Shown here: one piece after another, positions 7,406 to 18,433 of the stretch | How positions within the stretch are numbered: the first letter of the stretch is position 1 | Layout of the letters: every line of letters begins with the position of its first letter | From: Candidatus Methylomirabilota bacterium | GTDB taxonomy: Bacteria; Methylomirabilota; Methylomirabilia; Rokubacteriales; CSP1-6 | Direction of reading: 5' to 3' | Assembly: GCA_035312605.1 (NCBI GenBank) | Contig: DATGBR010000362.1 | Span: 1 to 44,551 of the forward strand | DNA length: 44,551 nt | Translations under genes and position numbers: made by a program | Notes under the pieces: generated by a model | Told to the model about the DNA's origin: nothing | Databases searched by the model: none | What the model saw: only the letters and a program-made list of their open reading frames with translations

Positions 7406-8392
7406 ATGAAGATTGCGATCCTCGACGACTACCAGGACACGATCCGCACGTTGAACGCCTTCAAGAAGATGGCCGGCCAGGACGTCACGATCTGGAAGGA
7501 CCACACCAAGGACGTCGACACCCTCGCGGGCCGGTTGAAGGACACCGAGGTGCTCGTGTGCATCCGCGAGCGCACCCCGATCCGCGGGCCGCTGCTCGAC
7601 CGCCTCGATCGGCTGAAGATGGTCACCCAGGTCGGGGTGGTTCCCAACATCGACGTCCCCGCGTGCACGCGGCGCGGCGTGATCGTCTCGTCGAGCCAGA
7701 TGCCGGGCCGCCCGTCGTACGCGACCGCGGAGCTGACCTGGGGCCTGGTGGTCGCGGCGGTGCGGCGCATCCCGCAGGAGATGATCGCGATGCGCGCGGG
7801 CAAGTGGCAGGCCTATCCGATCGGCACCGGACTGCGCGGCAAGACCCTGGGCATCCTGGGCTACGGCAAGATCGGCGCGGTGGTGGCGGGCTACGGGCGC
7901 GCGTTCGGGATGAACGTGCTCGCGTGGGGCCGCGAGTCCACGCTCGAGAAGGCCAAGACCGACGGCTACACCCCCGCCGCGAGCCGCGAGGCGTTCTTCG
8001 CCGAGTCCGACGTGGTCTCGATCCACGTGCGGCTGATCGACGCGACCCGCGGCATGGTGACCGCGGAGGACCTCGCGCGGATGAAGCCCTCCGCGGTCTT
8101 CGTGAACACGAGCCGCGCCGGGCTCGTCGTCCCGGGCGCGCTCGAGGCCGCCCTCGCCAAGGGCCGGCCCGGCATGGCCGCGGTGGACGTCTACGAGGAC
8201 GAGCCCGTGCTGGGGGGCAAGCACCCGCTGCTCGCAATGGACAACGCCATCTGCGTGCCGCATCTGGGCTACGTGGAGCGCGACGGCCTCGAGCACATGT
8301 TCGACGCCATCTTCGATCAGATCCTGGCCTACGGCGGGGGCAAGCCGATCAACGTGCTGAACCCCGAGGTGCTGGCCGCGGCCAAGTCATGA
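7406..8392 (+). CDS. D-isomer-specific 2-hydroxyacid dehydrogenase family protein
   Basis: Inner ATG at 7406 (MKIAILDDY..). NAD-binding motif GILGYGKIGAVVA, and the R/E/H catalytic layout (NTSRAG .. DVYEDEP .. VPHLGY). Confidence 0.9.
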   Translation: MKIAILDDYQDTIRTLNAFKKMAGQDVTIWKDHTKDVDTLAGRLKDTEVLVCIRERTPIRGPLLDRLDRLKMVTQVGVVPNIDVPACTRRGVIVSSSQMPGRPSYATAELTWGLVVAAVRRIPQEMIAMRAGKWQAYPIGTGLRGKTLGILGYGKIGAVVAGYGRAFGMNVLAWGRESTLEKAKTDGYTPAASREAFFAESDVVSIHVRLIDATRGMVTAEDLARMKPSAVFVNTSRAGLVVPGALEAALAKGRPGMAAVDVYEDEPVLGGKHPLLAMDNAICVPHLGYVERDGLEHMFDAIFDQILAYGGGKPINVLNPEVLAAAKS

Positions 8393-9558
8393 GCCTCCGC
8401 GACAAGGCCTACGTCGTCGGCGCCTTCGAGCACCCGACCCGCAAAGCGGACGGGATCTCGCTGGCCCAGCTGCACGCGGAGGTGGCGCGCGGAGCGCTCG
8501 CCGACGCCGGCCTCGCCAAGGACGACGTGGACGGCTACTTCTGCGCGGGCGACGCCCCCGGCCTGGGCGGGCTCTCCATGGCCGACTACATGGGCCTGCG
8601 CCTGCGGCACATCGACACCACCGAGACCGGCGGCTCGTCGTACGTGGTCCACGTGGCCCACGCCGCCGAGGCGATCGCGGCGGGCCGCTGCGACGTGGCC
8701 CTGATCACGCTGGCCGGTCGCCCGCGCGCGGAGGGCATGGCCACCGGCACCGCGCCCCGCAACTACGGCGCGACCGCACCCGACGTGGCCTTCGAGGCCC
8801 CGTTCGCCCCGACGGTCGTCAACCAGTACGCGATGGCCGCGATGCGCCACATGCACGAGTTCGGCACCACGAGCGAGCAGCTCGCGTGGATCAAGGTGGC
8901 CGCCTCGCACCACGCCCAGCACAACCCGCACGCGATGCTGCGCGAGGTGGTGACGGTCGCCGACGTGGTCGGCTCGCCGATGATCTCGGACCCGCTCCAC
9001 CGCCTCGACTGCTGCGTGATCAGCGACGGCGGCGGCGCGGTGATCGTCGCGCGGCCCGAGGTGGCGAAGCGGCTCAAGCGGCCGCTGGTCACGGTGCGCG
9101 GGGTGGGCGAGGCGGTGAAGCACCAGATGGGTGGCCAGGTGGATCTCACGTACACCGGCGCGCGCTGGTCGGGTCCGGCCGCCTTCGAGATGGCGGGCGT
9201 GGCCCCGGCCGACATCAAGTACGCCTCGATCTACGACAGCTTCACGATCACCGTGCTGATCACGCTCGAGGACCTGGGCTTCTGCCCCAAGGGACAGGGC
9301 GGGCGCTTCGTCTCCGACGGCAACCTGATCGCGGGGACCGGCCGGCTGCCCTTCAACACCGACGGCGGCGGCCTCTGCAACAACCACCCCGCCAACCGCG
9401 GGGGCATGACCAAGGTGATCGAGGCGGTGCGCCAGCTGCGCGGCGAGGCCCACCCGGCGGTGCAGGTGAAGGGCTGCGACCTCGCCCTCGCTCACGGCAC
9501 CGGCGGCTCGCTCGGCACGCGCCACGCGAGCGCGACCCTGATCATGGAGCGAGGCTAG
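8389..9558 (+). CDS. thiolase-like protein (SCP-x / DUF35-partner type acetyl-CoA acetyltransferase)
   Basis: This is the real C-terminal 389 codons of the 7213..9558 ORF (MSLRDKAYVVGAFEHPTRK..). The ATG overlaps the upstream TGA (ATGA at 8389-8392). Thiolase C-terminal blocks NTDGGGL and AHGTGG are present. Confidence 0.9.
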   Translation: MSLRDKAYVVGAFEHPTRKADGISLAQLHAEVARGALADAGLAKDDVDGYFCAGDAPGLGGLSMADYMGLRLRHIDTTETGGSSYVVHVAHAAEAIAAGRCDVALITLAGRPRAEGMATGTAPRNYGATAPDVAFEAPFAPTVVNQYAMAAMRHMHEFGTTSEQLAWIKVAASHHAQHNPHAMLREVVTVADVVGSPMISDPLHRLDCCVISDGGGAVIVARPEVAKRLKRPLVTVRGVGEAVKHQMGGQVDLTYTGARWSGPAAFEMAGVAPADIKYASIYDSFTITVLITLEDLGFCPKGQGGRFVSDGNLIAGTGRLPFNTDGGGLCNNHPANRGGMTKVIEAVRQLRGEAHPAVQVKGCDLALAHGTGGSLGTRHASATLIMERG

Positions 9559-9561
9559 GCC

Positions 9562-9954
9562 ATGGCCGACGCGACCCGGAAGATCTTCGCCCCCACGCCG
9601 AGCCCGGAGACGGAAGCGTTCTGGGAGGCGGCGGGCAAGGGCCGGCTGCTGCTGAAGCGCTGCACCGCCTGCGGCCGCGCGCATCACTATCCGCGGCCCA
9701 TCTGCCCGTTCTGCGGGAGCGACCGCACCGAGTGGACGGAGTCCCCGGGGCGCGGCGTCATCTACTCCTTCAGCGTGATGCGCCGGGCGACGCCGCCCTA
9801 CGTCATCGCCTACGTGACGCTGGACGAGGGCGTGACCATGATGACCGGCCTGGTGGACTGCGACTTCGACGCGCTCCGGATTGGCCAGCCGGTGCGGGTG
9901 GCGTGGACGCCCTCCGACGGGGGCCCGCCGGTGCCGATGTTCACCCGGCGCTAG
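9562..9954 (+). CDS. Zn-ribbon / OB-fold protein (DUF35 family), thiolase partner
   Basis: 130 aa. A CTACGRAHHYPRPICPFCG zinc ribbon is followed by an OB-like segment. It starts 3 nt after the thiolase stop. Confidence 0.9.
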   Translation: MADATRKIFAPTPSPETEAFWEAAGKGRLLLKRCTACGRAHHYPRPICPFCGSDRTEWTESPGRGVIYSFSVMRRATPPYVIAYVTLDEGVTMMTGLVDCDFDALRIGQPVRVAWTPSDGGPPVPMFTRR

Positions 9955-9955
9955 C

Positions 9956-10936
9956 TCACTCGATCACCTGGTCTGCCCGCTGCAGGAGCGACGGAGGGAT
10001 CGTCAGGCCGAGGGCCTGGGCGGTCTTCAGGTTGATGACGAGCTCGAGCTTCGTCGGCCGCTCGACCGGGAGGTCTCCCGGCTGAGCGCCCTTGAAGATC
10101 CTCTCCGCGAAGCTCGCGGCGCGGCGATAGTGGTCCGGATAGTTCACTCCGTAGATCACCAACCCCCGGATGAACTCCCCGGAGGCGTATACCGCAGGCA
10201 GGCGATGCTTTGCCGCGAGGTCGACGATGAGCCGCTCGTTCGCCTGCGTGAGCGTGTCTTGCCCCACGACGAGCGCGTCGGCCCGCTGCCTGATCGCGCC
10301 CGCGAAGGCCGGCCCCAGGTCCTCGGGCTTTCGCACGTCGAGTAGCTGCGGCTGGATGCCGAGGGATCGGGCCGCGGTCTCGATCTCCTTCCAGGCCGGC
10401 GGGAGAGCCGGGCTGCTCATGTTCAGGAGGGCCGCGATCCGGGCGGCTCTCGGAACCAGCTCCCGGAGCAGCTCGACCCGCTTCGCGTAGATCTCGGTGA
10501 CGATGGCGCTCACTCCGGTGATGTTCCCGCCGGGGTGGGCGAGGCTCGCGACGACGCCCTGCCCCACCGGATCGGCAAGCCCGGTTATGACCACCGGGAT
10601 CGTTCCCGTCGCATGCTTGGCGGCCAGGGCCGCGGGCGTCCCGCGCGTCACGATCAGGTCCACCTTCAGTCGAACGAGTTCCGCGGCCAGGCCCGGGAAT
10701 CGCTCGTCGCGGCCATCGGCCGATCGGTACTCGATGACGAAGTTCTTCCCTTCGACGTACCCGAGATCTCGCAGCCCTTGCCGGAAGGCATCGAGGTTGG
10801 CCGCATTGATCGCGGGCGACGTTCTCTCGAGCATGCCGATCCGGTAGACCTTTCCCGCCGGCTGGGCCTCGAGGGCGAGGGGCGGGGAGAGCAGGCCGAG
10901 GGTGATGCCGGAGATGAAGGCTCGACGAGCGATCAC
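9956..10936 (-). CDS. ABC transporter substrate-binding protein (ABC_sub_bind / BMP-like family)
   Basis: GTG at 10936 overlaps the upstream TGA (GTGA at 10933-10936). Signal-like N-terminus IARRAFISGITLGLLSPPLALEAQ, and the body begins KVYRIGMLE... The 122 upstream codons of the track ORF are R/G/P filler. Confidence 0.85.
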   Translation of the reverse strand: MIARRAFISGITLGLLSPPLALEAQPAGKVYRIGMLERTSPAINAANLDAFRQGLRDLGYVEGKNFVIEYRSADGRDERFPGLAAELVRLKVDLIVTRGTPAALAAKHATGTIPVVITGLADPVGQGVVASLAHPGGNITGVSAIVTEIYAKRVELLRELVPRAARIAALLNMSSPALPPAWKEIETAARSLGIQPQLLDVRKPEDLGPAFAGAIRQRADALVVGQDTLTQANERLIVDLAAKHRLPAVYASGEFIRGLVIYGVNYPDHYRRAASFAERIFKGAQPGDLPVERPTKLELVINLKTAQALGLTIPPSLLQRADQVIE

Positions 10937-11994
10937 AGCCGCGCCATCACCCGGTCCGCGAAGTCCTCGATCACGCGGTACTGCCGGTTGAGCGGCGGGT
11001 AGAGCATGATCTGGCTCAGCCCCTGGCTCTCCAGCTCCTTCAACTGCTCCACGATGCGCTCGGGCGCTCCGGTGAGGCAGGTGGCTTCGATCAGGGCCGG
11101 CGTGAGGAAGCGCGCCTCCTCCGGATCCACGAAGCTGTAGTGGCTGCCGTGCAGGCGCTGATGTCGAACCGCGAGCGGTGCCTCGTTGAGCCAGTCGAGG
11201 TACGGCTTCCACACCCGCCGCGCATACGCGGGCGGTTCCGCGCCGGTCTCCAGGTGATGCGCGACCAGGTAGTGCAGTCCCGAGATCACCGCCGCGCCGC
11301 ACTCCGCGATGATGCGCTCGGAGTTGGCGGCCTCGCCCGGCTGGAGCAGCGCCACGTTCACCATCGCCGAGGTGTGGAAGCCCACCGGTAGAACGCGCCC
11401 GGCCTTCAGGGCGCCGCGGCGCGCGTTGGCGAGCATCTCGGGCACCGTGCCGCCGCGCGGCAGGCCGGAGATGAGCCCGTCGCCCAGCTCGCCGGCGAGG
11501 GCCTGCGCCTTCGGGCCGAAGCCGGCGATGTAGACCGGGATCGGGTGGTCGAGGTCGATGAAGCGATGCTGGCGCATCTGGAAGCGGATCGGGTGCGTCT
11601 CGCCGTTCAGCGTGTAGTCGACCTCCTCGCCGCGGAGCAGCGCCCGCACCGTCTGCACGTACTCCTTGAACGGGCCGAGGCGCATCGGCTTCTGGCCGAG
11701 CGTGCGCATCGCGGTGTGGCCGGTGCCGAGGCCGATGAAGCAGCGGCCGGGGGCGAGCCGGTTGATGGTGGCGATGCCGTTGGCCACGACCGGGGCGAGC
11801 CGCAGGCCGGGCACGTTCACCCCGGTGCCGAGGCGCATGCGGCGCGTCTGCTGGGCGGCCAGGGCCAGCACCGCCCAGCAGTTCGACCGGATCATCTGGC
11901 TGTCGGTGACCCAGCAGTGCGAGTAGCCGAGGTTCTCGGCGTGGGTGATGTAGCCGATCTCGTCGATCTTGGCGTGAACGATGCCGAAGTCCAT
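10933..11994 (-). CDS. LLM-class flavin/F420-dependent oxidoreductase
   Basis: 353-aa ORF (MDFGIVHAKIDEIGYITHAENLGYSHCWVTDSQ..) with a luciferase-like monooxygenase TIM-barrel layout. Confidence 0.9.
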   Translation of the reverse strand: MDFGIVHAKIDEIGYITHAENLGYSHCWVTDSQMIRSNCWAVLALAAQQTRRMRLGTGVNVPGLRLAPVVANGIATINRLAPGRCFIGLGTGHTAMRTLGQKPMRLGPFKEYVQTVRALLRGEEVDYTLNGETHPIRFQMRQHRFIDLDHPIPVYIAGFGPKAQALAGELGDGLISGLPRGGTVPEMLANARRGALKAGRVLPVGFHTSAMVNVALLQPGEAANSERIIAECGAAVISGLHYLVAHHLETGAEPPAYARRVWKPYLDWLNEAPLAVRHQRLHGSHYSFVDPEEARFLTPALIEATCLTGAPERIVEQLKELESQGLSQIMLYPPLNRQYRVIEDFADRVMARL

Positions 11995-12016
11995 GGCCCG
12001 GGATGGCGTCGACGGG

Positions 12017-13636
12017 CTACTTGTCGAGCCAGACCTCCTGCATGCGCCCGTAGTTGTAGAGCGCGTTGTGGGGCACCAGGTTCTTCACGTACGGATACCG
12101 GGCGAAGTATTCCTTGCGCCAGCCCAGCATGGGCCGGGCGACCTCGGCCTCGAGCGTGCGCTGGATGTCGGCGACCATCTTGAGGCGCTTCGTGCGGTCC
12201 AGCTCCTGCGACTGCGCCTCGATCTGCCGGTCCATCGCCTCGTTGCAGTAGTCGGTGTAGTTGCGCGACGATCCGCACTTGTAGTTCTCGACCAGGTACG
12301 CGTCCGGGTCGTCGAAGCCGCCCGCGGTCAGGTTGGCCGCGATCTGGAACTCGCGCCGGGCCAGGGCCGGGAACCACGCCGAGGTGTCGAGCTGCTTGAT
12401 GGTGGCCTCGACGCCCACCAGCCGGAGCTGGTCCACCGCGTAGGAGGCCAGGTCCACGTAGATCGGCGAGGTGCGGGTGAGCATCTCGAGCCGCAGTGGC
12501 TTGCCCGGCCCGTAGCCCGCCTCCGCGAGGAGTTTCTTGGCCTCCGCCTTGTCGCGCGCCGGATCGCGATAGCCGGCAAGGGTCCGGAGATCCGCCTCGG
12601 CCAGGCCCCAGAAGCCCATCGGCCGGGGCATGAGCGCGGCCCCGATGACCGCCCCGTCCTGCCGCACGCTCTTGACGTACGAGCGCCGGTCGAGCGCGAG
12701 GTTCACCGCCTTCCGGACCAGCGGGTTGTCGAAGGGCGCGCGCTTGTGGTTGATCAGCACGTTGTCGCTGCCGTTCTGTCCGATCTCGCTGATGACGAGC
12801 GCCGGGGTGACGCTCTTGGCGGTGTCGGCCATCGTCTTCGTCATCTCGAGCGGCACGAAGGCGTCGAGCCGCCCGGCCTGCAGCGCGGCCAGGCGAGTGC
12901 CCCGCTCGCGGATGATGGTGTAGCGGATGCCGTCGAGATAGGGCCGGTCGGGCACGAAGTAGTCGGGGTTGCGCTCGAGCTCGACCAGCTGACCTCTCAA
13001 CCACTCGCGCTGTCGAAAAGGCCCGGTGCCCACGCACTTCTGGCGCAGCTCGTTCAGCGGGACGTGGGCGGGCAGGACCGGCGAGTAGCCGGAGGCCAGC
13101 ATGAGGAGCAGCGACGGCTGGGGGCGCTTCAGGTGGAACACCACCGTGTAGGGCTCGGGCGCCTCGATCGACGCGATGTTGGTCCACCACTCCTTTCGCG
13201 CGCTGAGCCGGAAGCGCGCGGTGGTCTCCGGCGCCTCGCGGGCCACGTCGAAGGTGTACTTCACGTCGGCGGAGGTGAACGGCTTGCCGTCGTGCCACTT
13301 CACGTTCTTGCGAAGGAAGAACACCAGGTTCCGGTAGTTGTCCTGCCACGACCAGCGCTCGGCCAGCTCCGGGATCACGGTGTCCACGCTCTCCTGGCCC
13401 TTGAGCGGGTCGAAGAAGACCAGGTTCGAGTAGCACGGCGACATCGGCCACGTGTTCGAGACGGTGGCCGACTCGTGGATGATGAGGCCCGGCGGATCCT
13501 CGATCAGCACGGTGTTGAGGACGCCGCCGCGCTTGGGCTTGGCGCCCTGGGCCCCGGCCGGCGCCCATGCCCAGGCCACCGTGGCCACGAGAACGGCGAG
13601 CCCGAGGGCGGCGGAGCGGAGCGGCAGTCTCGGCAT
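12017..13636 (-). CDS. ABC transporter substrate-binding protein, family 5 (peptide/nickel type)
   Basis: Inner ATG at 13636 with signal peptide MPRLPLRSAALGLAVLVATVAWAWAPAGAQG. SBP_bac_5-like body (..GGVLNTVLIEDPPGL.. ..NPDYFVPDRPYLDGI..). Confidence 0.9.
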   Translation of the reverse strand: MPRLPLRSAALGLAVLVATVAWAWAPAGAQGAKPKRGGVLNTVLIEDPPGLIIHESATVSNTWPMSPCYSNLVFFDPLKGQESVDTVIPELAERWSWQDNYRNLVFFLRKNVKWHDGKPFTSADVKYTFDVAREAPETTARFRLSARKEWWTNIASIEAPEPYTVVFHLKRPQPSLLLMLASGYSPVLPAHVPLNELRQKCVGTGPFRQREWLRGQLVELERNPDYFVPDRPYLDGIRYTIIRERGTRLAALQAGRLDAFVPLEMTKTMADTAKSVTPALVISEIGQNGSDNVLINHKRAPFDNPLVRKAVNLALDRRSYVKSVRQDGAVIGAALMPRPMGFWGLAEADLRTLAGYRDPARDKAEAKKLLAEAGYGPGKPLRLEMLTRTSPIYVDLASYAVDQLRLVGVEATIKQLDTSAWFPALARREFQIAANLTAGGFDDPDAYLVENYKCGSSRNYTDYCNEAMDRQIEAQSQELDRTKRLKMVADIQRTLEAEVARPMLGWRKEYFARYPYVKNLVPHNALYNYGRMQEVWLDK

Positions 13637-13638
13637 GT

Positions 13639-14418
13639 TCAGTACATCACGAGGCCACCGGTGACGTTGATGGCCTGGCCGGTCATGTACGACGACTTGC
13701 TCGAGGCGAGGAAGCCCACCACGTTGGCCACGTCCTCCGCCTTCTCGATGCGCCCGAGCGGGATCTGCTCCACGCGCTGCTTGAGGTACTCGCCGGGCTT
13801 GAGGCCCATCAACCCTTCGCCCGCCTCGCGGTCCACCTGGAAGATCATGTCGGTCTCCACGATGCCCGGGCAGACGCAGTTGGCCCGGATGCCGTCGGCG
13901 GCGTGGGCCAGGGCCAGGCTGCGGGTCATGCTGATCACCGCGGCCTTGGTGATGCCGTAGACCAGCGAGGTCTTGAGCCCCATCTTCCCCGCCATCGAGG
14001 CCAGGCTGATGATGTTGCCGCGCCGGGCCTTCACCATGTGGCGCAGCACCGCCTGGCTCGCGAAGAACACGCCCTTGGCGTTGACCGCGAGCAGCCGGTC
14101 CCAGTCCGCCTCGGTCACATCCGCGGTGTGGGCCGACTTGTGGATGCCCGCGTTGTTCACCAGGAGGTCGATGCGCCCCCACTCGGCCACCGTGCGGTCG
14201 GCCATCGCCTGCAGGTCGGCCAGGCGGGTGACGTCGGTCTGGAGCGCCATCGCCCGGCGCCCGCGCTTGCGCACCTCCTCGGCGGTGCGCTCGCCGGTGG
14301 CCCGGTCCACCTCCGCCACCACCACGTCGGCGCCCATCCCGGCCAGCTCCAGCGCGATGGCTCGGCCGATGTTGCGCCCGGCGCCGGTGACGATCGCGGT
14401 CTGCCCTTGAAGCTCCAT
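13639..14418 (-). CDS. SDR family oxidoreductase
   Basis: 259 aa with TGAGRNIGRAIA, NNAG and Y-x3-K (YGITK). GGAGG RBS. Confidence 0.92.
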   Translation of the reverse strand: MELQGQTAIVTGAGRNIGRAIALELAGMGADVVVAEVDRATGERTAEEVRKRGRRAMALQTDVTRLADLQAMADRTVAEWGRIDLLVNNAGIHKSAHTADVTEADWDRLLAVNAKGVFFASQAVLRHMVKARRGNIISLASMAGKMGLKTSLVYGITKAAVISMTRSLALAHAADGIRANCVCPGIVETDMIFQVDREAGEGLMGLKPGEYLKQRVEQIPLGRIEKAEDVANVVGFLASSKSSYMTGQAINVTGGLVMY

Positions 14419-14434
14419 TTAGATCGCCTCCATC

Positions 14435-14851
14435 TCAGCAGCAGCCGCCCGCGATGGACGCCTTGCTCCGCTGGATCAGCTCGAGGCGGACGTCGTCCGG
14501 GGCCTGGACGAAGCAGATGCGCGGGCCGCCCGGGATCTCGATCGGTCCTTCCAGGAGCTTCGCGCCCAGCCCCTCGAGCCGCTTGATGTCGGCCTCGAGG
14601 TTCTCCGAGTCGAAGCCGAAGTGCTCGAGGCCGTGATGCGCCCGGGCGTCGCCCGCGCCGAGCTTCTCGTTGGTGCGGGCGCCCGAGATGTTCACCGGGG
14701 TGCCGTCCTCGCTCTGGCAGCGGACGAAGCGGTCGCCGAACACGCGCGTCTCGTCGGAGACGATCTTGAACGCGAAGGCCTTCACGTACCAGTCGGCGGT
14801 CTTGCGCGGGTCGGAGGCCTTCAGGTGGATGTGGTTGATCCGGTAAGGCAT
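14435..14851 (-). CDS. VOC (glyoxalase/bleomycin-resistance/dioxygenase) family protein
   Basis: Inner ATG at 14851 (MPYRINHIHLKASDPRKTADWY..) with an AAAGGA RBS. 138 aa. Confidence 0.85.
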   Translation of the reverse strand: MPYRINHIHLKASDPRKTADWYVKAFAFKIVSDETRVFGDRFVRCQSEDGTPVNISGARTNEKLGAGDARAHHGLEHFGFDSENLEADIKRLEGLGAKLLEGPIEIPGGPRICFVQAPDDVRLELIQRSKASIAGGCC

Positions 14852-14908
14852 GGCGGTGTCCTTTCGGCTGAGGTATCGTCGAGGCCGCGCCCGCGGCGCG
14901 GCTAGAGA

Positions 14909-14914
14909 ATAGTA
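14909..14914 (-). promoter_or_regulatory. -10 candidate (TACTAT) for the VOC-SDR-SBP-LLM-SBP operon
   Basis: The complement of 14909-14914 is TACTAT, a rare A/T hexamer in this GC-rich spacer, ~58 nt upstream of ATG 14851. No convincing -35. Confidence 0.25.
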
Positions 14915-14963
14915 GGACCCGACCGCCGGTTCAAGGACCGGCGCGGCCCGGAGGCCAACACTC

Positions 14964-15851
14964 ATGGATATCGGCTGCCACCTTCCCAACCAGGGCCCCC
15001 TCGCCAACGGCGAGTCGCTCGTGCGCTTCGCGCGCGCGGCCGAGGCGCGCGACGTCGCCTCGCTCTGGGTGAGCGATCACGTCATCTTCCCGCGCTCCGC
15101 GACCGGGAGCTACCCGGGCGGGCGCTTCCCGCATCCGCCCGACAAGCCATACCTCGAGCCGGTGACGGTGCTGGCCGCCGCTGCGGTCTGCACGACCCGG
15201 GCCCGGCTCGGCGCCTCCGTGTTCATCCTGGGCCACCGGCATCCGGTGGTCATGGCCAAGATGCTGACCAGCATCGACGCGCTCTCCCACGGCCGGCTCA
15301 TCTGCGGCGTCGGAGTCGGCTGGTGGAAGGAGGAGCTCGAGATCCTGGGTGTGCCCTTCCACGCCCGCGGCCGCCACGGCGACGAGATCCTGCGCGCGTT
15401 CAAGGCCCTCTGGACCGAGGAGAACCCGCGCCTCGACGGCGAATTCTTCCGCTTCCAGGAGCTCGGCTTCGCCCCCAAACCGGTGCAGAAGCCGCATCCG
15501 CCGATCTGGGTGGGCGGCGACAGCCCGGGCGCGTTCCGGCGGGTGGTGACGCTCGGCGACGGCTGGCACGCGACCTCCAAGGACCCCGATCAGCTCCGCG
15601 AAGGGCTCGGCCGCCTGCGCGCGGTCGCGGACCAGCACCGGCGCGACATGAAGACGATCGACATCTCGGTGCGCTACAGCCTGAGCGACGGGATGCTGGG
15701 GAAGGGCGCCCAGATGGTGATCGATCAGCTCGGGGAGTACAAGCGCATCGGCCTGAGCCACGTCCTGATCGACTTCCGCCGCGACGACCTCGCCAAGATG
15801 CTCGAGCTGCTCGACCTGGTCACCGCCACCATCCGCCCCGCGGTGACGTAG
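14964..15851 (+). CDS. LLM-class F420-dependent oxidoreductase (Rv2161c-like)
   Basis: 295 aa (MDIGCHLPNQGP..VASLWVSDHV..KPVQKPHPPIWVGG..). Confidence 0.9.
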   Translation: MDIGCHLPNQGPLANGESLVRFARAAEARDVASLWVSDHVIFPRSATGSYPGGRFPHPPDKPYLEPVTVLAAAAVCTTRARLGASVFILGHRHPVVMAKMLTSIDALSHGRLICGVGVGWWKEELEILGVPFHARGRHGDEILRAFKALWTEENPRLDGEFFRFQELGFAPKPVQKPHPPIWVGGDSPGAFRRVVTLGDGWHATSKDPDQLREGLGRLRAVADQHRRDMKTIDISVRYSLSDGMLGKGAQMVIDQLGEYKRIGLSHVLIDFRRDDLAKMLELLDLVTATIRPAVT

Positions 15852-15854
15852 CGT

Positions 15855-17269
<1,415 letters not shown>

Positions 17270-17273
<4 letters not shown>

Positions 17274-18433
17274 GTCGAGGCCGGGACCGCGACCGCCGGC
17301 TCCCGGAGGGAGCAGATCTCGTACAGCATCTGGCGCTGGCGGATGCCCTTGAGGTGCGGCCGGCCGAGCTCGCGGGCGTCGACGAGATGATTCACCTGGT
17401 GGAAGGTCTCCTCGCCCACGATGATATGCGCGTCGAAGAGGCGTGTCATCCGCTGCATTCGCGACGCCGCGATCATCGCGCGGCCCACCACGATGAGCTC
17501 GCGCCGACGGTCCGAGCCGATCGTCCCCGCCAGCACCCGACCGGAGCTGATGCCGATCCCGATGTCGAAGGTGGGCCGCCCGTCGGCGGTCCAGCGCGCG
17601 GCCAGCCGCCGCACCGCGTCCACCATGTCGGCGGCGGCCCGCACCGCCCGCAGCGCGACGTCGGCCCCCGGCTCCGGGACGCCGAAGAGGGCGACGATCT
17701 CGTCGCCGACCAGCTGCTCCACCGTGCCCTGGTGACGGAAGATCACGTCGATCATCTCGGTGAAGTACTCGTTCAGGAGCTGGATCACCACCGGGGCGGT
17801 CGTCGACTCGATGAGGCGGGTGAAACCGCGGATGTCCGCGAAGAGCACGGTGGCCTCGCGCCAGTCGCCCGGCAGCTCCAGGATGCCGGGATTGGCCACC
17901 GCGAGGTCGACCAGCCGGGGCGACACGTAGCGCTGGAGCTGCGAGCGCACCGACGCCTCCCGGATCAGATCGTCCTGGGCGTCGCGCAGGTGGGTGACCG
18001 CCTGCTCCAGCTCGGCATTCTTGGCCGCGAGATTCCCCAGCAGCGTCTCGCGCTCCCGGCACAGCCGGTGATGTTCGACCGCCCGGCCCACCACGTGACG
18101 GAGCTCGTTCGGATCCCATGGCTTCAGCAGGAAGTGGTAGACCCCGGCCGCGTTGATGGAGTCCATCAGGGCTTCGGTGTCGGTGAAGGCGGTGAGGAGG
18201 ATGCGGACCGTGTCGGGCGCCACGTCACGGCTCCGGGTCAGGAGCTCGGTGCCGGTCAGCCCGGCCATCCGCTGGTCGCTCACCACGACGGCCACGTCCT
18301 CCTCGCGGAGGTGACGGAGGGCGATCTCCGGGCGCTCCGCCCGAAGGATGCGGTGCTCCATCGCGAGGAGCGCCTCGAGCGCGTCGAGGACGCGCGGCTC
18401 GTCGTCGACCAGGAGGACGGTGGCGGGCGTCAT
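17270..18433 (-). CDS. response regulator with a class III adenylate/guanylate cyclase output domain
   Basis: ATG at 18433 overlaps the upstream TGA (ATGA). REC domain (VLLVDDEP..SDQRMAGLTG) followed by a cyclase domain (ATVLFADIRGFT .. LVGDEIVALFG .. GIGISSGRVLAGTIGS). Confidence 0.9.

Noticed and set aside
7213-8388. The N-terminal 390 codons of the 781-aa ORF 7213..9558, and similar long N-terminal extensions of other track ORFs (710..2038, 3973..5220, 9956..11302, 12017..14182, 15855..18119, 17270..18925, 20724..23378, 23796..26243, 25532..27334).
   Set aside because: In each case the extension is R/P/G-rich filler that overlaps the upstream gene. An internal ATG or GTG with an RBS or a 4-nt stop/start overlap marks where the recognisable protein begins.
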